A stretch of DNA of 64,000 bases, taken from IMG/VR virus record IMGVR_UViG_3300013126_000027, positions 2,030-66,029 of that record; one strand, 5' to 3'. This document shows positions 29,601-38,418 of this stretch, in pieces. The notes under the pieces were generated by a model. It saw only the letters and a list, made by a program, of their open reading frames with translations, had not been told where the DNA came from and ran no database searches. Origin of the DNA: a virus (taxonomy: Duplodnaviria > Caudoviricetes). The position numbers were made by a program, and so were the translations under genes. Within the stretch, counting starts at the first letter, position 1. The number at the start of each line of letters is the position of its first letter.

Positions 29601-30830
29601 AGAATAGTTGCCTATCAATTCCGTATCCGTCTTTCGTATGGTAGCATCGGTGCTTGTCGCATCCTCAAGGCAACGATTGATCACCACTTTTCCGAACATT
29701 CCCATTCCTGCGGGATGTATCAATCTCCTCAATATCTCCTTGTACCTGTCTATCACCACCTCCGACAAGAGGACATACGAGAAGTTCTGGTAGTAATGAT
29801 TGTCCTGCATCACCTTGTTGGTGGACAGCCGACCGTCATTGTTTGAGTAATAACCAGGATATGTGCATAGAGTTCCTGTCGAGGTCGATAAGGATGCGCC
29901 CGATCCGAAGGAAGTGCTTATGGTGTAGAGAGGTGCTGTCTCATATCCAACGCCGAAGTTGTCTATTCGTATCTTGTTTATGCCGCCGCCTGTGTCAACT
30001 TCCGTGATGGTCGCAACCGCCCCCTGACCCGTATCGCTTGTCGTGCTTGGTCGAAAGAATATTCTTTCGCCTTTTCGATAATTCGTTCCCTGTGAGTCTA
30101 TGGTCACCGAAGACAGAACAGGGTATATTCTTGCCTCCGACAGCAGCAAACCATTGTTTCCTTCAAACTCTATGCCACCGTAGTTTGATGATGCAACCGT
30201 GTTTGAACTGAATTGTCCGTTGATGTTCGTGAGGAAAAGTTCAGCAACTTCCCTGCTTCCCAATTGGTAAGTCACCACATCAATGACTCTTCCGCTTGCA
30301 ATCACGGAGCCATCGGTGGAAGGCTGCCTCACCACCTTGCCGCGAGATTCGAATATCCTTGAGCCAATTTCGTTTGAGCATCGGATGGACTTCTTCTGAA
30401 TCCACTTTCCATCGGAAAGACGGAGAATGTCCCTTGAAGGATAGTAGAATTCCACAGCCGTGTCATACAGTATCCTGAACAGGAATTCGTAGGTTTTCTC
30501 CGTTCCCTTGTTGCGGTAGAAGTCCTTGATGTTCTTCAGCAATTGCTTCACATTCACGGTGTTTGAATCGTCATTGACGGCAAATTGCTCGGGAAAGTCA
30601 AGCAAATACTGCTTCTTGAATTCCGACACGAACAGGTCAAGTTCCTGGTCTATGTCCGAGATGTTCCCCAATGCCATGGGGCTACGAAGATACCCATCGT
30701 ACTTCTGCGATTCAAGCCACTCGTAATATGCCTGCACGAACGCCGACAATGTGGGATTGTCCGTCTGCACGAATTCGGGCAAACGATGCGTTATGATGGA
30801 GGAGTGGCTTTTGTCGTTTCCTGTGTTCAT
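26652..30830 (-). CDS. gp7: Baseplate wedge initiator-like protein with inserted lectin/LamG-like domains
   Basis: LPEFV...FVQAYYEWLE, LKNIKDFYRNKGTEK.YEFLFRILY, QDNHYYQNFSYV, IHPAGM.MFG; lies between gp6 and gp8. Confidence 0.8.
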   Translation of the reverse strand: MNTGNDKSHSSIITHRLPEFVQTDNPTLSAFVQAYYEWLESQKYDGYLRSPMALGNISDIDQELDLFVSEFKKQYLLDFPEQFAVNDDSNTVNVKQLLKNIKDFYRNKGTEKTYEFLFRILYDTAVEFYYPSRDILRLSDGKWIQKKSIRCSNEIGSRIFESRGKVVRQPSTDGSVIASGRVIDVVTYQLGSREVAELFLTNINGQFSSNTVASSNYGGIEFEGNNGLLLSEARIYPVLSSVTIDSQGTNYRKGERIFFRPSTTSDTGQGAVATITEVDTGGGINKIRIDNFGVGYETAPLYTISTSFGSGASLSTSTGTLCTYPGYYSNNDGRLSTNKVMQDNHYYQNFSYVLLSEVVIDRYKEILRRLIHPAGMGMFGKVVINRCLEDATSTDATIRKTDTELIGNYSPYTLDTYVDIGNLLFNSRPTPYFPSLHDSVITGASGNPTDLQFYSVGQNFATWSNDATKWQINTNYAFTANQGLAPNGKNQAVLVRKTTTLATILSRPITWNSSSTSATYSVYIKQPSTNAKRYVSLLFRNGSSDQNLLGVTFDFQEQKFTNGATTFSTFSNSSGTASFESVGDGWYRIKITVTSKISRGNTIQLYFGDTGAASGITFWQVGEGMLVWGMQLEEGTTAKPLIETNATPIIHRSYAIGFDPRNISGLKIWLDGKTLTAAAGATTSTWGDSSGNGYTATSYSRTLLPTISSMGGLALTGSSLTFGSVLTTPNLNLNARTIFAAFTPFPLPSSDTSTSQRNSLVVGLMGGQGTGGSTGAATGQHYQDHTICIDYSRTIVDGGDNTTPRISAYYGFGNRAGPLSLWVASPTGTDIYTGSTEVSPRRSALVTNDDTVLHSPFASSLVSLTAGNPNTTVACSTLSTDSRSLTSFAGGTSTEYVYSDKKSNDDLSTEARYYRHQLVGEQTIQDAGSYQFLMDMKTDNANLGWRAVLTKNDNLPLPSPTRSVNNVPSYIASWNFASMSDGVANAWSPLQYQTHKVSVKDLQPNDVIRIWMTPSLTSGAKPSNSSLNTSNSLYFKNFFAHKIYSDGVNQLTVDGVSKGFAVGNLDGLTANQRLTLGLGENYFNGVIHEVLVYDRILTKQERETTEAYLHHRWKNDIIRADSHAWNLPIASLTSGIYPALPTEGGYTASGNTTMALGYPFHEINSHPNIFLSEREQPYPARILRSQMNDFLGGGTGTDGYWDEWVEQSVENRHNWATGLSASGTNSGRHAMLQYTEVSPFRKITAEAFLDREVGRQFDCKNELIVEPDVPKVQLSVCPSFALNEVVYTNGTIIFNYSILNADNMEYWITDQLEVEISDGNKFYRYRPESSTWNGKFLISGFQSQGSDPKPYTVTFRLKNYYGKTIAGSEASTQFTHKYAELPSPFDTISSCG

Positions 30831-30835
30831 CTCGG

Positions 30836-32737
30836 TTATCTATTTGACGGGAACGAGGAACCTGTCTGCCGTCTTTCGGTTCTGAATGAATCGGGAACAA
30901 GGACGATGCTCGTGTTCTCCTTGTCAAACAAGATGATCTGATTCCTTCGCGTGAAGATGTCCTTCAAAACAGGAACCACGGTGATGGCTATTTCCGTGCT
31001 TGTAGAAGGCAGGATATAGACAGGATTGAAGTCTATGAGGCTTATCGTTCCCGTTGAGTAATTTATGGTTCCTGCCTCAGAGCGCAGAATGACCTTTTCC
31101 TCACCAACGAACTTGTATATCCGAATGTTGCCATAACCATCATCCTCAAGATATGCATCGACATTTGAATTTGTCGTACTGTCGTATATCCCGAATGCGC
31201 TGCTTGTAACTACAGGCGGATATCCATCGACAGGATGGTATATCTCGTTGTCAAAGTTGAACTTTACCGTGTACACTCCTTGTCTTCCGAGAATCGGCTC
31301 AAATCGCTTCTGTATCCGAATGTCGGCATCCGTGCTTGTGAAACTCTGGTTGATGGAATCCACGAAGGACGCGAACTTGGAGAACCTGAAGTTCAAGCCG
31401 AACTTGCCGAGTTTTTCAAGAGCATAAGCATCGATGGTATCGCTCACAAGTTGCTCAAGATCGGTTGCCGACAGGTTCGTTGCATTTGGGTTGTATCTCA
31501 CGGTTGCATCAAGCACGATGTAGATGTAGTCGGGATCGACAACCTCGGCAGTTATGCCAAGGACATTCTTCCTCTGCAATATGGTGTTTTGGATGGACAA
31601 CTTCTCCAATGTGGAGAGTTTGTCCGCATTCTGCGGCTTTATGGAAACGAATACTTTTCCGTATTGCGGAGGATCGTTCTCCTCTCCTCCCCACACCAAG
31701 ATCGAATCAGCCGACTTGTAGTCCCTTGTCAGGATGGTCTTGTAGTCTTCGGCGGTGACCGTTCTTTCCTGCGCTTGGAAATTCCTGGGCGCATAGTACC
31801 TGATCGATTCCACATCTTCAGGATCGCTGCCACCGAAAGAAACCTGTGCATTTCCCTCGCTGTCCAAGACGGGAGCGACTGTCGGGGTGACTCCCGCATT
31901 TGAAATGCTTCCTGAATACCTGAAGTTCTGCACTCCGTTTGCTTCCTCTGCCCGCGTGACCAAGTATTCGATTATGATTGCGTTTCCATCGGTGGGCTTC
32001 CTTCCAACGATTCCGTCCCCGAACAGGATTTGGTATCTCTGCTCCTCGACTTCCTGAAGATAGTATGCGTTGGTAGATGCATCGACTGAATTGAGGTCGG
32101 TGACGGGAAGCCATATGTCATTGATTCCCGTGATGTCCTTTGCGGATCTAGTCACCCTCACGCGAAGGGTTCCCGTGTCTATGTTCTTTTCGGGTATGAC
32201 GAATTTCTGCGAGGTGTCTGACTCGTTGACAATGTATGTGAAGGACTGAAACCTTCCTTCCTTGATTTCGACATTCCTCGCAACGCAATTGTCTCCTTCG
32301 TTCGATACCTTGTAGTTCTGCAATGGAAGGAAGGTGAACACCGATCCCCCGCCAGTTGCAGCAAAAGTGTCGCCCCTGACGATGAAGACCTCTCCTCTTG
32401 CAACGGCAGCCCTGAATGCAGAGGATGGATTTGTCCACACCACATCGACTATGGCAGTCGAAGCCTTGAAGGAACGGGGAGTGTATCCCAACTGCTTTGC
32501 GATTGAAACGACAGACTGACGCTTGACTGCCGAATCTATGAATGCCTCGTTTGCCACCATGTTCGCGTAATACGCCTGATAGTGCGTGTTGTATGCCAAC
32601 AAGTCAAGAAGGATGTTCATTCCCGATCCTTCGAAGTCATAGTCCCTGAAGCGATCCTGATTCTTCAGGAATATCTTGAGATTCGTCTTGATTGCATCGA
32701 AATCAAGGTTGTCAACTGGCAAGTTTGGCGTGGTCAT
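30836..32737 (-). CDS. gp6: Baseplate wedge subunit
   Basis: LDFDAIKTNLK.FL, DYDFEGSG...LLDLLAYNTHY, AQERTVTAEDY, WGGEENDPPQYGKVF. Confidence 0.96.
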   Translation of the reverse strand: MTTPNLPVDNLDFDAIKTNLKIFLKNQDRFRDYDFEGSGMNILLDLLAYNTHYQAYYANMVANEAFIDSAVKRQSVVSIAKQLGYTPRSFKASTAIVDVVWTNPSSAFRAAVARGEVFIVRGDTFAATGGGSVFTFLPLQNYKVSNEGDNCVARNVEIKEGRFQSFTYIVNESDTSQKFVIPEKNIDTGTLRVRVTRSAKDITGINDIWLPVTDLNSVDASTNAYYLQEVEEQRYQILFGDGIVGRKPTDGNAIIIEYLVTRAEEANGVQNFRYSGSISNAGVTPTVAPVLDSEGNAQVSFGGSDPEDVESIRYYAPRNFQAQERTVTAEDYKTILTRDYKSADSILVWGGEENDPPQYGKVFVSIKPQNADKLSTLEKLSIQNTILQRKNVLGITAEVVDPDYIYIVLDATVRYNPNATNLSATDLEQLVSDTIDAYALEKLGKFGLNFRFSKFASFVDSINQSFTSTDADIRIQKRFEPILGRQGVYTVKFNFDNEIYHPVDGYPPVVTSSAFGIYDSTTNSNVDAYLEDDGYGNIRIYKFVGEEKVILRSEAGTINYSTGTISLIDFNPVYILPSTSTEIAITVVPVLKDIFTRRNQIILFDKENTSIVLVPDSFRTERRQTGSSFPSNR

Positions 32738-33141
32738 CTGATTCTCTCCACAATAACGGTGGCTCGGAACACTTCAACCCTGTTCTCAACTTGAAATTCA
32801 ATGTCTATCCTGTATGCGTTCTGATCCATCAGGTCTATTATGTTTATGTTGGTTGCTCGCACTCTTTTTTCGTAAGCCTGTATGAGTTCGCTTATCTTCC
32901 GCTTCATCTGCAATGCTATCACGGAATTTGCTGGTTCGAACAGCAAGTCCATGATTCCCGACTCTATTTCGGGATGAAACGGCTTTTCGTAACGCTTGAA
33001 CCGCAGGAGGTTCTTCAGGGACTGCTTGACTGCTTCTACTCCCGTGACATTCTTGATGTCCTTTGTCAGGGGATTGGTATCCAAATCCATGTCGATGTCG
33101 GAAAAGGCAAGGATGGGGTCTTTGATCTTACTGATCGCCAT
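32734..33141 (-). CDS. gp25: Baseplate wedge subunit / sheath initiator
   Basis: FSDIDMD...NP.TKDI, AVKQSLKNLL, EKPFHPEI, LLFEP, YEKRV, terminal ERIR. Confidence 0.92.
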   Translation of the reverse strand: MAISKIKDPILAFSDIDMDLDTNPLTKDIKNVTGVEAVKQSLKNLLRFKRYEKPFHPEIESGIMDLLFEPANSVIALQMKRKISELIQAYEKRVRATNINIIDLMDQNAYRIDIEFQVENRVEVFRATVIVERIR

Positions 33142-33775
33142 TTTTGTTTTCCTTTGACAGTTGCAATTCTATGAAACCCCTGTGTTCCTCAAATATGCTT
33201 GCAAAGTCCAAAGGCTTGTTGGGAACCATTTCCTCGTCAAGCCAGTCAATATTCACAAATCCTATCACAAGATTGTCTTTTCGTATTGGCAGTATGGAGA
33301 ACGCCTCGGTTCCCTTGCTTCTGCAATAGGTCTTCATTGTGGAATCTGCAAGGTTCCTCACCAAGTGAACCTGTGGATCATCCTTCTTGACCAATTCAAT
33401 TTTTTCCCAAAGCAATGTCGCAAGCACGGCCTGCATGTGCATGTATTCGTATGCTACGCCTTGCTTGCAACTTTCATGCGTGACCGACATCCTCTTCATC
33501 GGTGAGCCATCAAGAAACCTGCCACCGTTGTGGAACTGAAGTATCTGCACTCTGTCCGCACCAGTCTGGCAGCGCAGGGTCGTTATCAGTTCCTGCATCT
33601 GACCGTAGCAGCGTATGTCTTCCACGGTGATTGCCGCATCCCTCTCTTCCTGCTTCTTCCACAGGAGAGTCCTCTTGCGAAGATAGGATGCACCCGCAAG
33701 CATACCGGCAATCACGCCAGCCATTGCGGTTCCGACATTCATCCAAAGATCAAAATTCCCTGAACTAGAACTCAT
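33128..33775 (-). CDS. Single-TM protein with GAF-like domain; possible T-type holin
   Basis: One hydrophobic helix (VGTAMAGVIAGMLAGASYL), then GADRVQILQFHNGG and LPI...VIGFVNIDW, consistent with a GAF-like fold. Confidence 0.5.
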   Translation of the reverse strand: MSSSSGNFDLWMNVGTAMAGVIAGMLAGASYLRKRTLLWKKQEERDAAITVEDIRCYGQMQELITTLRCQTGADRVQILQFHNGGRFLDGSPMKRMSVTHESCKQGVAYEYMHMQAVLATLLWEKIELVKKDDPQVHLVRNLADSTMKTYCRSKGTEAFSILPIRKDNLVIGFVNIDWLDEEMVPNKPLDFASIFEEHRGFIELQLSKENKNGDQ

Positions 33776-33776
33776 G

Positions 33777-34064
33777 TTAGCCTCCGCAAAACACATCTTT
33801 GCTTCCTGTGGCAATCGCTGAACCGCAATTCAGGGGATCACCGATTCTTGCCGCTTGGCGGCTGTTCACGAAAACCATTGAGGAACCCTCTGCTGTATGT
33901 GCCTTGTGGCAGAACGGTCCGCAGCAATGTGTTCCCCAATTGTCATATTGGCGATGCCAGCCCTTGCTGTTGACAAAGACATTCGTGGACCATGAGATGT
34001 TTTGTCGTGGTCCGTAGCAATCATGACCTGAACATATGTCGCCTTGTCTATGTGCTGCTGGCAT
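33777..34064 (-). CDS. gp5.4: PAAR-repeat spike tip protein
   Basis: MPAAHRQGD..SGH, VFVN, AEGSS.VFVN...AARIGD.L.CGS..ATGS..VF. Late promoter at 34092-34098. Confidence 0.93.
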   Translation of the reverse strand: MPAAHRQGDICSGHDCYGPRQNISWSTNVFVNSKGWHRQYDNWGTHCCGPFCHKAHTAEGSSMVFVNSRQAARIGDPLNCGSAIATGSKDVFCGG

Positions 34065-34127
34065 CCTGTCTCCTTTTGGGACGATTATTGATATTTAGGT
34101 TGAAATTTCGTGGCTCAAGTTCCAAAA

Positions 34128-37100
34128 TTAAACCATTCCATGCGCTGTGGCATCAATGATGTTCTTGCTGTAAGAATCGTATGGATAAGTCAATCCTGTC
34201 CATCCTTCAGAAACCGCAGACACAGGTGCAGCGGTGGCGCAGAATGCATCAAGCATCTGAATAAACCCGTTGAATGTTGATTTCATGACATTGTTCGTCC
34301 AAAAGTTTCTTCCATCTATGGTCCAATATCTGTGTGCTGACAATCCAGACGAGGAAGCGGGATTATTCTCATAATATGCGGATGGTCCTGCCGCCCAAGA
34401 CACCGCATCAAAAGTAAGACCGTTCCAAGGTGGGAATGATCCTCTTGGGCCTGTCAATGTTCTTGTGAGAGGATTTGCCGTGAATAGGTCTCTTCTGTAT
34501 ACGGTCAAGGAGGAACCGTTTGCATCCGCCACAGATTTGTTGGCATCTGCAAACCATGTGGCATCGAAGACTATGCTGTTGTAATTGGTCAATCTTGCAC
34601 CGAACTGTCCCGTATTTCCATTTTTCAAATTGGAATAGTGACGATGATGATCGGCAAGTGCATACAGGTAGAAGGTGGCTGCATGAGGAGTGAGATATGT
34701 GTTGTCGGTCATATCGCTATAATTCCACATGTCATGGGTTTGCCCTCCGATTGAGGTCTTTGTCCAAGCCCTGTATGGATCATTGTAAATTCCTGATTTG
34801 GTCATGTAGAAAGACTGCCAATTTAGTCGATGTATTTTTGCGGGGTCTGAATTGCTCTCCATTTCGTCTTTTGCGCCAAAATGAGCAACCGCCGCAGGCA
34901 AGGCGGTTTTCGATAGACCATTGCTTGTCCAAAAATAGTGTTCAGTTGAGACAATGTTTGGTCTTTCGCTTCCAATGGCTTCATATGAGGTCAGACCGGC
35001 CGGTCCTGATGATATTCCCAATCCGTAATCTACTCGATTCTTGATTTTGGGTGGTCTTGCCTCAATGAATACATCTATGCCCATTTCCTGAAGTTTTGTC
35101 CACACATAGTAATCACTCAACTCCAAAGCATCGGAAATATAGGAAGAGTCCGTGGGAGTGTTCTTGGAACCGCTTTCATCTCTTACCTTTCGGTGAAGTT
35201 CGATTGATTTTGGAGTAGCCATTGCAGAGCCGACATCAAGGCAAACACTAAGCCTCCCCTTGCCTATGCCGCTAGGTCTCATGCTGCCAAGCATTTCAAG
35301 CATTCCATCAAGTTTTGAATAATAGGCTGCATCCTTGTCTGCGGTTGTTCCTGGCAAAGATCTCCAATATTTGCTGGCTTTGCGTCTATAGTCATAGTAA
35401 TTGACATTTGTGGGCATGTACAGACAAACATTGCAAGGTTCGGTTATCCACGAAAGACCTGTCTGTGTAGTGTATGTCTCGTCTACGGGTATCATGGTTC
35501 CTGACAGAAGGGAATTGATTGCACCTGTCAAGCCCTTCCATCTTGCAGGATTGGTATGAGTGATACCTGGTGTTTCGTATTTGTATGAATCCCTCCATAT
35601 CTGCGGAGACAGGAAGAACACACCGGCATCCCCCGATATGCTGCGATTTTCATCCATTGCATAAGTTCCAGTTGCAAAGTGGAAGTGAAAACTACGCGCA
35701 CCCCATCTGTAAAACGATATGACCGATTCGTATATCGCGTTATGCCAAGGACTGGACATATGCGGATTTCTTGGATTGTTTTCCCAAGAAAATCCTCTTT
35801 TTCCTTGACCTGACCTTGGATTACCTTGGAAGTATGAAACAAAATTATTGGTGAAATTGCCCCATGTTATTCCATTTGCATCGGCAGCATCTGCAACAGC
35901 AGGATTGATCAATACATAATATTGATCCTTGTATCTTGGGATTGCCCAATCTCCAGGAGATTCGGATATGGAAACCTTGTAGAAGACCGGAGCAGAGGGC
36001 AATGCGGTGACCAACCACTTGCCGCCATCAGAATCGACTGTAAGTATCTGTCCCGTTTCATCCCGAAGGGTAACTCCTGGCTTGGGAGTAACCCGCCAGA
36101 CATATCTGTTCCAGTTCCTTCCTCCTGCTGCTTTTGTGCCGCTTATCACATAGTCGCATTTGAAGGAAATTCGTTCCTTTGTGACTGTCTCTGGAGAAAA
36201 TCCTCCAAGAAGATCATTGATCTCCGTGAATACCTCGTTGAGTTCTGCCGAACTTCTTGCCAGCCTTGATCCCGTGTCTGCGGTATTCCACCAGTAGAAA
36301 TGCTCGGCTCCGCAAACAGCAGCATGGCGAACTATTTCGTAGTAAAATCTGCTTCCGCTGATGGGCGACTCGGGTTGACCTGATGTTATGCCTACGGCGA
36401 ATCCCGCATCTCCCGCCCAATCTCTTGGACGAATCCACGGTCGCAGTTTTGAATTGGAATCTGCTCTTCTGATCCCCCTGACGGTCTGCATATCTATCAA
36501 GAAGCAGTTCCAAAGGCTGTTTTGAAAGAACGATGTGGCCTGTGTGACCAAGTTCCAATCGCGTCTGACGATGTAAGTGTCATCATAAGGACTTATGACA
36601 TATGAGGTGGAAAAGTTCCATGCCGCATAGAGGTAAGGAGATGCACCGTCACCTACTGTGTTTTCCTGAAATATCGGGTGACCGTAAGGATCATACACCC
36701 AATCAAGTTCATTTATCTTGAACGATTCGTAGTTGCTAAACCCTATGTTTGGATAGTTTTGTCGAGCGGTTTCATATAAGCAGTAATTCAGGCTTGCATT
36801 CCTGATGGTATTTCCTGCGGCAGCCCAATAGACATAACTAGGATCTTTTTGCGGATGCCTTGATCCACCTGGAAATCCTGCGGAAAGACCGGTGTAATTC
36901 GGGTATTTTCCGTTTTGCGTAAGTATGGTCTTGAGCGGTCTTGCTCCAAACCACTCTCTGCTTGCCTGTGGCAATGATTCTATTGTTTGCAGTATTTGTG
37001 CGTTGTTTTGATCGAAGTCGAATGGAGTTATGGGAATGCCTTCTTGATCGAATGTAATGTAATCAATCAACGCTCCCCTGATCTTCAAGCCAGCACACAT

Positions 37101-38417
37101 GACTTCCCAATCGTTTCGAACCTGTTGATGCGCGGTCAATCCCCACATTGAGGGAAGCGTCCAACCAGTAAGTCCATAGACACCGACCAAGTTGTCGGAC
37201 TTTCTATTGTAGATGAACTGCCCTTTGGCACCATTTCCCGTAATGCCAGGATGTGTGTTGTAGTCGGGATTCGCAGCAACAAAAGTGGCATAGTCCGATC
37301 TTTTGTCGCCTTCATTCTTGTAATAAACATAACCATTCCAGTAATACCAAGGAGCCAGCACCCTCATGCCGCTTGGCAATCTATTCAATGAATCGACTAT
37401 TGCATCAAGCCTCGTCTTGTAATCACCTGGTGTGGCTGCTTTGTTGAAATAAGAAGTTGCATCATCATCGATGTAGGATTGGCTGTGGTTTGGAGCAGTA
37501 AGCCATACCATGGGCTTCACATAGTCATATGTCGTGAAATCCCCGGTAATCATGCGCTCGGCTTCGAGAGACTGCGTTGTCATTCCCGAAATGGGAGGAA
37601 GCCATCCTGCTACCCAAATCGGATTGGGTTCTTGATTGAAGGCGAATTGTGGTGAAGTGGATAGATTGGGGGTTTCTTCTATCGTAATTGTCGTTCCCGC
37701 AGGAGGACCAGGAAAGTAACCCTTTGCTTTTTGCGCTTGCAGATATTGAAGATTAGTGGCAGTTGCACCGTTTACATAGAACTGATTCTTCAGATTCAAT
37801 ATCAGGTAATCTCTGTCCGATGACCAATTGTTGCTCAATGTGTATTCAAAAGACCTGTCGATGTAAACATTCGGATTTGATTTGCTGAACGCCCTGACGG
37901 TGAGTCGAACGGGAATTCCAAATCCAACTCCATTTCTGAAATAGGAGGCAGAACCAACGGTGGCATAATTTTGCTCATCTATCTCGTAATCTGCCGGTAT
38001 GTTGAGTCCCGACACATATTGATCCATCTCACCTGTTCTACCCAACAGTTTTCCCGTATCAAGGTTCAAAGCCATATCAGGAGAAAAATCTCCCGTGATT
38101 ATCAGAAAACCAGGATCGGAAAAAGTAAGACCCGTGCAAAGGACATTTCCGCTTTTTGCGACATAGAACTTCCAAGCATCATCTACCGTTATATCTTCTT
38201 GCTCAAAATACACTCTTGTGGGTGTGACTCTTGGAAAATCAAAGCCGCTGTTGAAGTATGTGCTAGGAGCAATGGGAAACTCAAGACGATAGCATTCTTC
38301 GCTCACGCCGTATCCAGAGGAATATCCCCCTGTGTCTATGCCATCAGGATAATAAAGGGAGGGATCGAATTCAGAAATTACTCTGTATTTTCCCTGCCAA
38401 AGATATTCTCTAGCCAT
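34128..38417 (-). CDS. Very large hypothetical protein between gp5 and PAAR, possibly with glycoside-hydrolase-like domains
   Basis: About 1430 aa open frame; start MAREY abuts the gp5 stop. Aromatic-rich, with beta/alpha-like motifs (IDYITFDQEG, GARSFHFH, GIDVFIE). Confidence 0.7.
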   Translation of the reverse strand: MAREYLWQGKYRVISEFDPSLYYPDGIDTGGYSSGYGVSEECYRLEFPIAPSTYFNSGFDFPRVTPTRVYFEQEDITVDDAWKFYVAKSGNVLCTGLTFSDPGFLIITGDFSPDMALNLDTGKLLGRTGEMDQYVSGLNIPADYEIDEQNYATVGSASYFRNGVGFGIPVRLTVRAFSKSNPNVYIDRSFEYTLSNNWSSDRDYLILNLKNQFYVNGATATNLQYLQAQKAKGYFPGPPAGTTITIEETPNLSTSPQFAFNQEPNPIWVAGWLPPISGMTTQSLEAERMITGDFTTYDYVKPMVWLTAPNHSQSYIDDDATSYFNKAATPGDYKTRLDAIVDSLNRLPSGMRVLAPWYYWNGYVYYKNEGDKRSDYATFVAANPDYNTHPGITGNGAKGQFIYNRKSDNLVGVYGLTGWTLPSMWGLTAHQQVRNDWEVMCAGLKIRGALIDYITFDQEGIPITPFDFDQNNAQILQTIESLPQASREWFGARPLKTILTQNGKYPNYTGLSAGFPGGSRHPQKDPSYVYWAAAGNTIRNASLNYCLYETARQNYPNIGFSNYESFKINELDWVYDPYGHPIFQENTVGDGASPYLYAAWNFSTSYVISPYDDTYIVRRDWNLVTQATSFFQNSLWNCFLIDMQTVRGIRRADSNSKLRPWIRPRDWAGDAGFAVGITSGQPESPISGSRFYYEIVRHAAVCGAEHFYWWNTADTGSRLARSSAELNEVFTEINDLLGGFSPETVTKERISFKCDYVISGTKAAGGRNWNRYVWRVTPKPGVTLRDETGQILTVDSDGGKWLVTALPSAPVFYKVSISESPGDWAIPRYKDQYYVLINPAVADAADANGITWGNFTNNFVSYFQGNPRSGQGKRGFSWENNPRNPHMSSPWHNAIYESVISFYRWGARSFHFHFATGTYAMDENRSISGDAGVFFLSPQIWRDSYKYETPGITHTNPARWKGLTGAINSLLSGTMIPVDETYTTQTGLSWITEPCNVCLYMPTNVNYYDYRRKASKYWRSLPGTTADKDAAYYSKLDGMLEMLGSMRPSGIGKGRLSVCLDVGSAMATPKSIELHRKVRDESGSKNTPTDSSYISDALELSDYYVWTKLQEMGIDVFIEARPPKIKNRVDYGLGISSGPAGLTSYEAIGSERPNIVSTEHYFWTSNGLSKTALPAAVAHFGAKDEMESNSDPAKIHRLNWQSFYMTKSGIYNDPYRAWTKTSIGGQTHDMWNYSDMTDNTYLTPHAATFYLYALADHHRHYSNLKNGNTGQFGARLTNYNSIVFDATWFADANKSVADANGSSLTVYRRDLFTANPLTRTLTGPRGSFPPWNGLTFDAVSWAAGPSAYYENNPASSSGLSAHRYWTIDGRNFWTNNVMKSTFNGFIQMLDAFCATAAPVSAVSEGWTGLTYPYDSYSKNIIDATAHGMV

Positions 38418-38418
38418 A

